Shown piece by piece: positions 8,680 through 17,313 of a stretch of DNA of 64,000 bases. The stretch's first letter is position 1. Each line of letters begins with the position of its first letter. The position numbers were made by a program, and so were the translations under genes. This DNA is from Myxococcales bacterium (GTDB lineage Bacteria; Myxococcota_A; UBA9042; JABWCM01; BTVJ01). The stretch spans positions 75,309-139,308 of the forward strand of contig BTVJ01000014.1 in assembly GCA_045863395.1 (NCBI GenBank), read 5' to 3'. Under the pieces are notes generated by a model. The model had not been told where the DNA came from and searched no databases. It saw nothing but the letters and a program-made list of their open reading frames with translations.

Positions 8680-11496
8680 TCAAGCCGGCGGCGGCCCGTC
8701 GATGGGCTCGACCCACAGGAAGGAGAACGCCGGGTCCAGGCGGTAGGCCGTCGATGACGCGCGCCGGGTGCCCGGCCCCCTCACGGTCTTGATGTGTCGC
8801 CCGTCCTCGCCGAGCATGTCGCGGAGCCGCGAGATCGCCACCTTGAGCCGCGTGCGCGCTTTTTGATCGTAGGGTCCGGCCCCCCACACGGCCTCGGTGA
8901 GGTTCGCCGCGGGCAGGTTCTTGCCCGGGTGGGTGATCAGGGCGCGGAGCAGGGGCAGCGCCACGCGCTTCAGCTCGGCGAGCTGCACGGCGCCGCGGTG
9001 GCGGATCTCGCAGCGGCCGTCCACCTGCAGCACGGTCAGCACCGCGCCGTCTGGCTTGTGGAGCACCCGTCCGAGCTCCGACGAGTCCACGATGCGCTCG
9101 CCCTGCGGCCCGAAGAGGCGGAAGCGGGGGCGGTTGTCCGTGTCCAGGGCCGGCGTCGGTGAGGAGAGGGGCAGCGTCACCGGCTCGGCGCCGCGCTTGA
9201 AGTAGGCCGCGCTCTCGGCCCCGCCGTCGAAGATCGCCAGCTCCAGGACGGGACGGAACCGCCGCCGCTGGCCGAAGTGGTACCCGAAGCGGTTGGCCAC
9301 CGAGCACGCCTGCTCGCAGAGCAGCGTGATGCTCGCACGCACGTTGTCGCGCCCTGCCTCGTGCTGCTTGTAGTAGACCTCGGCAGTCAGCAGATCCGCG
9401 CGGGCAACGTGGTAGTGGGCGGACAGCCGGACGAGCCGATCCCGGGCCTTCTGGAGGATCCCCGGTGCCTCGTCCACGTGCCCCTCCGCCACGGCGATGG
9501 CGGCCCGCGCCTCGTCGTGGAGGGCCGACAGGGTCGGCTCCACCCGCGCCAGGTCGCCGACCAGGCCCTGGACCCGGTCGGCCATCTCCCGCGCCTCCTC
9601 CACCTGCCCGTGCTCCGCCAGGAACGCCGCGTACGCCGTGAGGATCTCGGCGCGCAGCTTCATGTCGGCGAACCGCTCCATCACGGTGACGGCCTGCCGG
9701 AAGTGCACTCCCGCCTCGGCGGGCTGCTCCTCCGCGATGTTCAGCTCCGCGAAGACCGCCAGCGTGGTCGCGATGCCCGAGAGGCTCCCGGCGCGGCGGC
9801 GCACGCTCAGGCCCTCGCGCAGGCGGTCGCGGGCCTCGTCCCACCGGCCCTGCATGAGGTGGCACCGGGCGATGCGGGAGCTGAGGAGGCCATAGAGGTC
9901 GGGGTCCGCCTGGCGATCGATGAGCTGCAGCGCCTGCTCGTAGTGGCGGATGGCGGTGGTGACGTCCCCCTCCCGCGCCGTGAGGAGGCCGAGCTCCTTG
10001 CGGGCGTGGGCCTCGGCGCGCGTGCGCAGCGACACGGAAGCCCCTTGGACGATGCGGTCGAGGGCCTCCCGCGCCTGCTCGTGGTGGCCCGCCTCGAGGA
10101 GCAGCCGCGCCCGGAGCTGGAACAGGTCGAAGCGCATGGCCTCCGCCGCCTCCAGGTCGTCGGCGGCCAGCTCGGGCGGCGCCTCGTCGAGGGAGCGCAG
10201 GGCCCGCTGGCAGAAGGTATCGGCCTCCCGTGAGAGCCCGCGCAGCCACGCGGTGTGCGCCTGGACGGCCGCTACCCGGGCGCGGGCGACCGCGAGCTGG
10301 CCCGTCCCTTGGGCCGCCATCTCACGCATGCTGCGCTCGCACCGGAGCAGCGCCTGCCGCGACCCGGACCAGTCCCCCGCCTCCGCCCGGACGCGGGCCA
10401 GCATGGCGGTGGTCCGGAAGGGCAGCGGCCCGATCTCTCGCTCCAGGAGGTCCAGCCACCCGCGGAGGCGCTCGGCGGCGACCACCTCCAGCAGACGATC
10501 CGCGTGGAGCTGCATGTGGCCGAGGGCGGCTCGCAGGTCCCCGGCGGCCAGGAAGTGGGCGACCACGTCGGCGGCGGCGCCCTCGGGATCGCGCTGGGCC
10601 AGGTGCTCGGCGGCGCGGCGGTGCGCCTGGAGCACGGCGGCCTGGTCCTTGCGCCAGATCATGGCGCGCAGGGACTCGCGGAGCAGTGGCGCGCGGAATG
10701 TCACCACGCCCTGCCGGTTGACCACGAGCTGGTGCGCCGTCATGACGTCCGCAACGTGCCGCGCCCGGTCCGCGTCTCCCAGCACGGCGCGCAGCGCGGC
10801 GGGATCGGGCCGCCGGAGGACCGCGGCGCACCCCATGGCGTCCATGTCCTGGGAGGCCACGCCGCGCAGGATGTCGGTGCGGACGTAGCGCACGAGGTGC
10901 TCCGGGGGATCCTCCAGGCGCAGCAGCTCACGCAGGCGCTCCACGGAGCCATCCAGGGGCACGATGCCGCCCAGCAGCGCCGGCCAGCCCGCCGTCACCT
11001 CGTGGGTCTCGTCGACGAGGTCCTCCGGCACCGGCTCGACGAGCCCCTGGTCGAGGACGCGGCGCGTCTCGTCGCGCTCGAAGGCGAGGCGGTCCGGGCC
11101 GAGGCGGTGCAGGTCCACGCTGGCCAGCAGGTCGAGCAGCGCGGGCTGGACGGGAGAGCCGCTGATCAGCACGACCACGCGGTTCGGATCGGCCAGGACG
11201 ACGTCGGCCAGGCGGCGGGTGCCCGCGGGGTCGAGGGCCGACACGCCCCGGACGACGAGCGGGCCCGCCGGCGCAGGCCCGCGCACCAGGTCACTGGCTT
11301 CCACGTCGGCGGCCCCGGGGATCGCCGCAGCGAGACCCGACGCCAGGAAGGACTTGCCGAACCCCGCGGGTGCCGCGATCAGGCACGCGGGTGGTCCCTG
11401 GATGACCCGCTGCAGGAGCCCGGGTCTGTCTATGCGTGGCTGGATGTCCTTTTCACTCTCCAGGCCATCCCATGCAGCGTTCATGCGGTCCTCCAT
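8680..11496 (-). CDS. MalT-like STAND ATPase transcriptional regulator with TPR region and C-terminal OmpR-type winged HTH
   Basis: Walker A IAAPAGFGKS; T-A-GWPA motif; TPR-like helices; C-terminal LLRALITHPGK...LTEAVWG...LKVAISRLRDMLG...IKTVRG...YRL. ATG 11496 after GAGGAG. Confidence 0.85.
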   Translation of the reverse strand: MEDRMNAAWDGLESEKDIQPRIDRPGLLQRVIQGPPACLIAAPAGFGKSFLASGLAAAIPGAADVEASDLVRGPAPAGPLVVRGVSALDPAGTRRLADVVLADPNRVVVLISGSPVQPALLDLLASVDLHRLGPDRLAFERDETRRVLDQGLVEPVPEDLVDETHEVTAGWPALLGGIVPLDGSVERLRELLRLEDPPEHLVRYVRTDILRGVASQDMDAMGCAAVLRRPDPAALRAVLGDADRARHVADVMTAHQLVVNRQGVVTFRAPLLRESLRAMIWRKDQAAVLQAHRRAAEHLAQRDPEGAAADVVAHFLAAGDLRAALGHMQLHADRLLEVVAAERLRGWLDLLEREIGPLPFRTTAMLARVRAEAGDWSGSRQALLRCERSMREMAAQGTGQLAVARARVAAVQAHTAWLRGLSREADTFCQRALRSLDEAPPELAADDLEAAEAMRFDLFQLRARLLLEAGHHEQAREALDRIVQGASVSLRTRAEAHARKELGLLTAREGDVTTAIRHYEQALQLIDRQADPDLYGLLSSRIARCHLMQGRWDEARDRLREGLSVRRRAGSLSGIATTLAVFAELNIAEEQPAEAGVHFRQAVTVMERFADMKLRAEILTAYAAFLAEHGQVEEAREMADRVQGLVGDLARVEPTLSALHDEARAAIAVAEGHVDEAPGILQKARDRLVRLSAHYHVARADLLTAEVYYKQHEAGRDNVRASITLLCEQACSVANRFGYHFGQRRRFRPVLELAIFDGGAESAAYFKRGAEPVTLPLSSPTPALDTDNRPRFRLFGPQGERIVDSSELGRVLHKPDGAVLTVLQVDGRCEIRHRGAVQLAELKRVALPLLRALITHPGKNLPAANLTEAVWGAGPYDQKARTRLKVAISRLRDMLGEDGRHIKTVRGPGTRRASSTAYRLDPAFSFLWVEPIDGPPPA

Positions 11497-11535
11497 GCTC
11501 CTCAGACCTCGGTCCCCACCCACGGGGGGCATGAC

Positions 11536-11572
11536 GGTTGCATTGTAACCAGCCTGTAACCGCTTGGCAACA
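11536..11572. promoter_or_regulatory. Heptamer repeat array, candidate wHTH-regulator operator
   Basis: TGTAACC at 11544 and 11555, GGCAACA at 11566 (11-bp period), plus inverted GGTTGCA at 11536. Located 40-75 bp upstream of the regulator start. Confidence 0.55.
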
Positions 11573-11627
11573 TCTTGACGCTTGATTGTGTGCGGTGCGG
11601 GTGCTCAGCGCGGGGGAGCCGGGCGCG

Positions 11628-12383
11628 TCAGGGGGCGCCGGGGAGCGTGCCCAGGGACGCGAGGCGGCTCGCGATGTCAGGGTCCGCAAGGAAGGACCAG
11701 ACGCGACCGTCGGAGAGGACGGTGCCCCAGGCCCCCTCCAGGATGGCGCGGACGACCAGGGGATCCTCGAGGAAGGACGCCTTCGGGTGGCGCGCCAGCG
11801 CGGCATAGGCGGCGATGCGCTCTGCGTCCTCGGGGCTCGCGGAGCCGTCCCCCATGGCGAGGGTCCGGGCGGATGTCACCACCGCCTGTAGCGCCTCGAC
11901 GTCGGGGATCTGGATGAACTGGAAGAAGCTGTGACGTGCTGCGATCCGCGCGGCGACCGAGCTGCTCAGGTCCAGGGCGGGGACCTCGGAGCCGAAGCGC
12001 GCGCCGGCGATGGCGAGGCCGCTGACGCCGATCCAGGCGAAGAGCCCCGCGGTGGCCACTCCGACGGTCGCACCCAGGAGGCGGTCGAAGCCCCCCACGA
12101 TGCTGTCGCCCGGCGCCAGGAGCCGCGCGATGAGGCGGGCAGCCAGGCGCAGCCCTACCAAGGCCGCGACGAAGATGACGGTGAAGGCGGTCGCGAGCCC
12201 CCCGAGCCCTGACAGGCCGAGGGCTCCCGCGACCAGGGGACCCAGAGGATCGCTGGCCTTCACGGCGACGACCGCCGCCAAGACGAGGGCGACGAGGCGA
12301 AGCGCCATGAGCAGCGCCCCGCTCCGCCACCCGATGACACCGAAGGCCGCGACGAGGGCGACGACGAGCAGGTCCAGCCACAT
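11628..12383 (-). CDS. cvpA: CvpA (colicin V production) family membrane protein
   Basis: MWLDLLVVALV...GWRSG; four hydrophobic segments; conserved DRLLGATVG. Confidence 0.8.
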   Translation of the reverse strand: MWLDLLVVALVAAFGVIGWRSGALLMALRLVALVLAAVVAVKASDPLGPLVAGALGLSGLGGLATAFTVIFVAALVGLRLAARLIARLLAPGDSIVGGFDRLLGATVGVATAGLFAWIGVSGLAIAGARFGSEVPALDLSSSVAARIAARHSFFQFIQIPDVEALQAVVTSARTLAMGDGSASPEDAERIAAYAALARHPKASFLEDPLVVRAILEGAWGTVLSDGRVWSFLADPDIASRLASLGTLPGAP

Positions 12384-12390
12384 CGCGCGG

Positions 12391-12419
12391 ATGGTACGCT
12401 CCCGCCCTTTGCAGCGCAA
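12391..12419 (-). promoter_or_regulatory. sigma70 promoter implying a leaderless cvpA mRNA
   Basis: TTGCGC-N17-TACCAT-N7-ATG; no Shine-Dalgarno. Confidence 0.5.
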
Positions 12420-12519
12420 TTTCACAGCGTTCTCTCGGCCTCGGGGTGGCCTGCCCGCCGAAGCGTCTGCCAGCGGCCCCGGTTGCAGCGTCGGCCGTCG
12501 AGAGGAGCGAAGATCGCTG

Positions 12520-12549
12520 TTGCGTCCCCTCGGTGAGGGCTCCTATACT
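12520..12549 (+). promoter_or_regulatory. Candidate sigma70 promoter for the 12796 gene
   Basis: TTGCGT-N18-TATACT. Confidence 0.45.
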
Positions 12550-12795
12550 CGCGCGACGACACGGCTGAGGTGGATGACCTCCACGGTTTTCGGGGGGTTG
12601 GCTGCTCGTGAGCGGCGGGCCGTGCCGTCGTGCTCGCCCTTCGCCCTCCGGGACCCGCGACCCCGATGCGGGTGAAGGCATGGCGCGAGGGGAGCGCCAT
12701 GGGGTGCGGGGGCCTCGCGGAGGAGTGCTGCTGGCGGGGTGAGCGATCACCCCGGGCGCAGCGCGTGGAGCGTCGACAGGCCCAGGTAGAGAGGA

Positions 12796-15216
12796 ATGGA
12801 CACAGAGATCCAGAGGGCAGTCCGGGTGGCGCGTGTCGACCTGGAGCGTGCGCTCCGCATGGCGCTCCAGGGCATGGGCCCGGCGGCCGTGCTCGCGGCC
12901 GCGTCGGATGCCGCAGACGGAGGCAGCGAGGCGGACGCCCTCGCCGTCCTGAGTGAGGCGGCGCGCCTCGCCATGCACTCGCCCGAGCGCAGCGTAGACG
13001 ACCTGCTCGCCGAGTGCCTGACCACCGAGTGGATGACCGCAGCGGGTGCCCGGCTCTATCGGGTGTCGCTGAAGCCCGGCCAGGCCGTGACCGACGCCCA
13101 CCGTCGGCTGCTGGGCGGGGCCCTGGTGGTCGAGCTGGACAGCGTCGGTCCTGATCGGGTGTGGGCGGGGTGGGTCGACGTGGTCCGCGGGATACACGTG
13201 GCCTTCTCGCGAGTGGAGGGCGCCCCTCGCGTGCGGCGGGTCGGTCCTGAGGAGGGGCGGCTGGTCGCCACGGTCGCCCGCGCCATCGAGGCCCGCGCGT
13301 CGCGGGGGCTCAGCGTGACCGGCCTGTGGGACCGCCTGGAGGCCCTCGGGGATGCACCCAACACGGACTTCCTGGCTGCCGCGGAGGACGTGGCCCGCCT
13401 GTCGCCAGACGAGGCGGCGGTGCTGTACGACCTCTGCGTGGCCCACCTGGACGCCGAGCGCAGCAGCCCGGACGCCCAGGCGGCCCGAGCGGCCCTCGAT
13501 GAGCTGATCGCAGGCTCCGGGGTGTCGCTGGCCTGCGAGTCCGTCGACGCGCTGCTGCAGCTCCTGCGGGGAGGTCCGGTCCGCTGCGACCTGGTCGGGG
13601 CGCTGGCAGGCGCCGAGGAGCAGGGGCACGGCCTGTCGGGGGTCCTCGGGCACCTGGAGACGCTCCATCAGAAGGTGACGGGGGCGCCGCTGCGCACCTC
13701 GCTCAGGGAGCGACGGGAGCGCTGCGCGGCGCTCTGCGAGCGCGTCGGGACGCTCCAGAGTGAGGTCGAGGAGGTCCCCGAGCTCCCGTTCGACCATGAT
13801 CGCGACACGTCCTCCGGGCTCCCCCCGGTGCTCCTCTCCGTGGAGGAGGCGCCGCTGGGCGGCCCCGAGAGCGAGGACGCGCCGTCCGCCTTCTGGGAGC
13901 CGGAGATCCCGTCCGCGGTCGCCCAGGCGCCCCTCGAGCCCTCGGTGGCTGCCCTCCTGCCGCGGCGGGAGCCGCAGGACCTCGCCGCGCTGGATCCCGT
14001 CGACATCTCCGTGGTGCGCGAGCGGGAGCTGGAGGCGCAGCTCATCGCCAGCGACGAGGCCCGCGAGCACGTCAGGAGCGACGCGGCGGCGCTGGACCTG
14101 GAGCTCGAGCGGGTGCGGAGGGAGCTGCGCCAGGCGCGCCGTGAGGCCGAGGCCCTGCGGCGGGAGAGGGCGGTGCTCATGGGCCGCGTGGACGGCGCGA
14201 TGCGCATGTTGACCGGCACTCAGGGCTCCGTCGTGCAGCTCCTGGCCGCGATCGACGGGTCACCCGGCACCCCGGGCGCTCTCCTGGAGCCGGCCGGCAC
14301 GTCGCCGGGCCTCACCCGCTTTGCCATCGGCACCGCGGTCGCCTTGCTCGTCGCCGCGGTCCTGATCGTCGCCTACCTGCCGTCTCGCCAGACCACCGCC
14401 ACGGGCCCCGTGATGCGACCTGCCGCCTCGGCGCCCCGCTCCAAGGCCGGGCTGGCCTTCGCCGCGGCCCGCCCGCAGGCGCCCGCGCCCGTCACCGAGG
14501 CCGCCCCTGCCGCGCCGGAGTCCCCGGCTGCAAGCGACGAGGAGCTCCCTCCCGAGGAGCCGCAGGCCGCTGCAGAGCCGGCCGAGCTGCCGCCTGGCTT
14601 CGAGGCGTCGCTGATGCTCACGCGGCGCTCCAAGGCCTTCGTCCATGGCGACCGCCGCACACGGGTCGTGATGGAGCTGCCCGAGGGGCCTCGGCTGGTC
14701 GGAGCGTGCGTGGCGGCGCGCTCCACGCCGGAGGCCGTGGGCTCGCCGGTGTACCCTGGCTACGAGCCCATCGTCATCCCATGCACGGGGTCCTACCGGG
14801 ACGTGTGCGATGCCCTGGGCTGTGACGACGCCGCGGATCGGTGCGACGTGGCGGTGTCCGTCGTGGCGCCCTGCGGCGCCGATCCTCCACCCGTCGGCGG
14901 CGGGCCGGCCTCCGCGGCGGCACCTCGCTTCGAGCCCACCCTTGCGCTGGGCGCCCGGTCCAAGATCTACTCCCGCCAGTCGCGGGACGCGGTGGAGCTC
15001 GCCAGTCTGCAGGGAGGCTCCGCGGTCCTGGGCCGCTGCCTCTTCGCGACGGCGTCGCCCGACGCCGCCGGCGCCAAGGCGTGGCCCGGCTATGAGCCCA
15101 TGTCCGTCCGGTGCGACGCCGACACCGCGGGGCTCTGCGAGGCCCTGGGCTGCATCAACCCGGACGGGGTCTGCCACGTGCTCGCGTCGGGCGCGAGGGC
15201 GTGCAGCCCCCGGTGA
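12796..15216 (+). CDS. Bitopic membrane protein: helical/coiled-coil N-terminal part, one TM helix, Pro-rich linker, two tandem 6-Cys domains
   Basis: ATG after GAGG; coiled coil LDLELERVRRELRQARREAEALRRE; TM FAIGTAVALLVAAVLIVAYL; duplicated PGYEP-containing domain. Confidence 0.75.
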   Translation: MDTEIQRAVRVARVDLERALRMALQGMGPAAVLAAASDAADGGSEADALAVLSEAARLAMHSPERSVDDLLAECLTTEWMTAAGARLYRVSLKPGQAVTDAHRRLLGGALVVELDSVGPDRVWAGWVDVVRGIHVAFSRVEGAPRVRRVGPEEGRLVATVARAIEARASRGLSVTGLWDRLEALGDAPNTDFLAAAEDVARLSPDEAAVLYDLCVAHLDAERSSPDAQAARAALDELIAGSGVSLACESVDALLQLLRGGPVRCDLVGALAGAEEQGHGLSGVLGHLETLHQKVTGAPLRTSLRERRERCAALCERVGTLQSEVEEVPELPFDHDRDTSSGLPPVLLSVEEAPLGGPESEDAPSAFWEPEIPSAVAQAPLEPSVAALLPRREPQDLAALDPVDISVVRERELEAQLIASDEAREHVRSDAAALDLELERVRRELRQARREAEALRRERAVLMGRVDGAMRMLTGTQGSVVQLLAAIDGSPGTPGALLEPAGTSPGLTRFAIGTAVALLVAAVLIVAYLPSRQTTATGPVMRPAASAPRSKAGLAFAAARPQAPAPVTEAAPAAPESPAASDEELPPEEPQAAAEPAELPPGFEASLMLTRRSKAFVHGDRRTRVVMELPEGPRLVGACVAARSTPEAVGSPVYPGYEPIVIPCTGSYRDVCDALGCDDAADRCDVAVSVVAPCGADPPPVGGGPASAAAPRFEPTLALGARSKIYSRQSRDAVELASLQGGSAVLGRCLFATASPDAAGAKAWPGYEPMSVRCDADTAGLCEALGCINPDGVCHVLASGARACSPR

Positions 15217-15267
15217 GGGGCCACGGGCGTCGTCCGCTCCGGACGGTGCGCCGCGGCCGATTTCTCG

Positions 15268-15296
15268 TTTACATGGGTCCCGTTCTCTTCTAGAGT
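15268..15296 (+). promoter_or_regulatory. Candidate sigma70 promoter for the 15330-17772 cluster
   Basis: TTTACA-N17-TAGAGT. Confidence 0.5.
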
Positions 15297-15329
15297 CCGG
15301 CCCGCACCGACCCCCCACACGGAGGCACC

Positions 15330-16280
15330 ATGCCCCTGTTCAGTCGCAAGGACGCCACGCTGGTCAAGACGACCTCCCGCGTGCGCCGGATGATCCCCTA
15401 CCTGATGAAGGGACGGAACGAGAGCATCGTGTACCACGAGCAGCTCGTCGACCTGACCGAGACCCTGCCGTTCATCGAGGAGTGGAACCGGACCCACGAC
15501 AAGCCCATCACGGTCTTCCATGTGGCCATGGCGGGCATCGCCAAGGGCCTCATCGCGCGGCCGGGGCTCAACCGGTTCATCTCGGGCGGCAACACCTGGC
15601 AGCGCAACAAGGTCGAGCTCTCCTTCGCCGCGAAGAAGCAGGTCAGCAAGGACTACTCGCCGCTCGTGACGGTGAAGCTCGACGGCATCCCGGACGAGCC
15701 CTTCTCCGAGACCGTGCGGCGCCTCCACGAGTCGGTCGGCGAGGCGCGGGACACGAAGCTCAAGCCCGTGGACAAGGAGGTGAAGCTCCTGCTGAAGCTC
15801 CCCGGGTTCGTGCTCCGGCTCATCATGTGGCTGGCGCGCTCGCTGGACGACTGGAACCTGTTCCCCTACGCCATGATCAAGAACGACCCGCTGTTCGCGA
15901 GCATCTTCGTCGCGAACCTGGGCTCGGTGGGCATCGACCGGACCTGGCACCACCTCTACGAGTACGGCAACATCGGGCTGTTCTGCGTGCTCAACGCCGT
16001 GTGCAAGGAGGTCGTGGCCGACGAGAACGACCAGCCCGTCGTGAAGAACATGGTGCGCATGCGGTTCGCCTTCGACGAGCGCATCAACGACGGCCACTAC
16101 TGCGCAGCCTCCCTCGCCATCATGCGGGACTATGTGGAGCACCCGCGCCGGTTCCTGGAGGAGGAGACCGCCAGGACCGACGTGGCGGCGAGCATCGCGG
16201 AGGACGCCAGGCGGGCAGCGGAGGCGTTCGAGTACGAGCGAGCGGCGGACGAGGCGGACGCGAAGCGGAAGGCGGGCTGA
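15330..16280 (+). CDS. Stand-alone 2-oxoacid dehydrogenase E2/CAT-like acyltransferase catalytic domain
   Basis: VDLT, PGLNRF, ANLGSVG, FDERINDG (E2 consensus DHRxxDG); no lipoyl domain; GGAGG RBS. Confidence 0.82.
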   Translation: MPLFSRKDATLVKTTSRVRRMIPYLMKGRNESIVYHEQLVDLTETLPFIEEWNRTHDKPITVFHVAMAGIAKGLIARPGLNRFISGGNTWQRNKVELSFAAKKQVSKDYSPLVTVKLDGIPDEPFSETVRRLHESVGEARDTKLKPVDKEVKLLLKLPGFVLRLIMWLARSLDDWNLFPYAMIKNDPLFASIFVANLGSVGIDRTWHHLYEYGNIGLFCVLNAVCKEVVADENDQPVVKNMVRMRFAFDERINDGHYCAASLAIMRDYVEHPRRFLEEETARTDVAASIAEDARRAAEAFEYERAADEADAKRKAG

Positions 16281-16329
16281 TACGGGGGGCACCTTGCACT
16301 CCATTCCCAGGTAGAGCAGGGACGACCTG

Positions 16330-17313
16330 ATGAACCCACTCGACTTTCTCGACGAGGAGGAGCGCGACCTCGTCGAACGCGCCATGGTGGTCATCGACTC
16401 CATGCCCGGGTCCCACGACGTGGTGCACCAGGGCCTGGGGCGCCTCGGCTGGCTGGCGCAGATCACGCGCTCCTACCCGTCGCTGCTCGGCTACGAGGTC
16501 CTCGGCCGCCGCGTGCGCACCGCCGAGACGCTGGTCTCCTCGCTGATCACCCTCGACCGGGCCGCGAGCGAGCTGGAGCTCCCGGTCAAGGCGGCCGTCG
16601 GGCGCGCCTTCCTCATCGCCAAGATCCAGTTCTTCCGCTCCGTGATGATGGCGCTTCAGCAGTGGCCGCGGCTCGTGCCCGCGGGGATGCTGGAGGACCT
16701 CGCCTTCGAGCTCGACCAGGCGGTCTACACGAAGCTGGGCGAGGAGGTGCTGCTCGGGCTCATCTACGCGCCGGACCTCAAGCAGGAGGTCAAGCACCTG
16801 GCCGCGCAGGTGCTGCTCGGGCTGTGGGAGAAGCCGATCCTCACGGAGGTCACGGACTTCTCGCCCGCCCTGGAGTCCACCTGGCACGCGCGCAACGAGC
16901 TGGTGCCCGCCCTGGGCGTCCTGACCGGCGTCGCCGAGCTGTTTCGCCTGGCCCAGAGCCAGGTGGCGCCGGAGTTCCTGGACTTCTTCGCGCGGGACGG
17001 CCTCTCCGACGACGAGCACAGCGCTTTCCGGGAGTTCCTGTTCGGGCTGCTCACCGAGGAGCTCGAGCGAATCGCCGTGGTCATGGACCAGGAGGGCCTC
17101 TCCGTGTGCGACCGGGCGCTCGTCGAGCGGGTGCTCGGGCCCAACGCCACGCGCTTCCTCGTCGTCGGCGACTCGGTCTCCATGTACCGCGCCTACCGCC
17201 GGCGCTCTCTGGCAACCGAGTACCGGCGGGTCAGCAACACACCGGGCCCGAGCCAGACCGCCGAGGGCTACATCATGGGGTGGATCCTGGGGCGACGGCT
17301 CCGGGAGAGCTGA
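16330..17313 (+). CDS. Hypothetical helical cytoplasmic protein
   Basis: 327 aa ORF with strong G/C at third codon positions and protein-like composition; no recognisable motif. Confidence 0.75.
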   Translation: MNPLDFLDEEERDLVERAMVVIDSMPGSHDVVHQGLGRLGWLAQITRSYPSLLGYEVLGRRVRTAETLVSSLITLDRAASELELPVKAAVGRAFLIAKIQFFRSVMMALQQWPRLVPAGMLEDLAFELDQAVYTKLGEEVLLGLIYAPDLKQEVKHLAAQVLLGLWEKPILTEVTDFSPALESTWHARNELVPALGVLTGVAELFRLAQSQVAPEFLDFFARDGLSDDEHSAFREFLFGLLTEELERIAVVMDQEGLSVCDRALVERVLGPNATRFLVVGDSVSMYRAYRRRSLATEYRRVSNTPGPSQTAEGYIMGWILGRRLRES

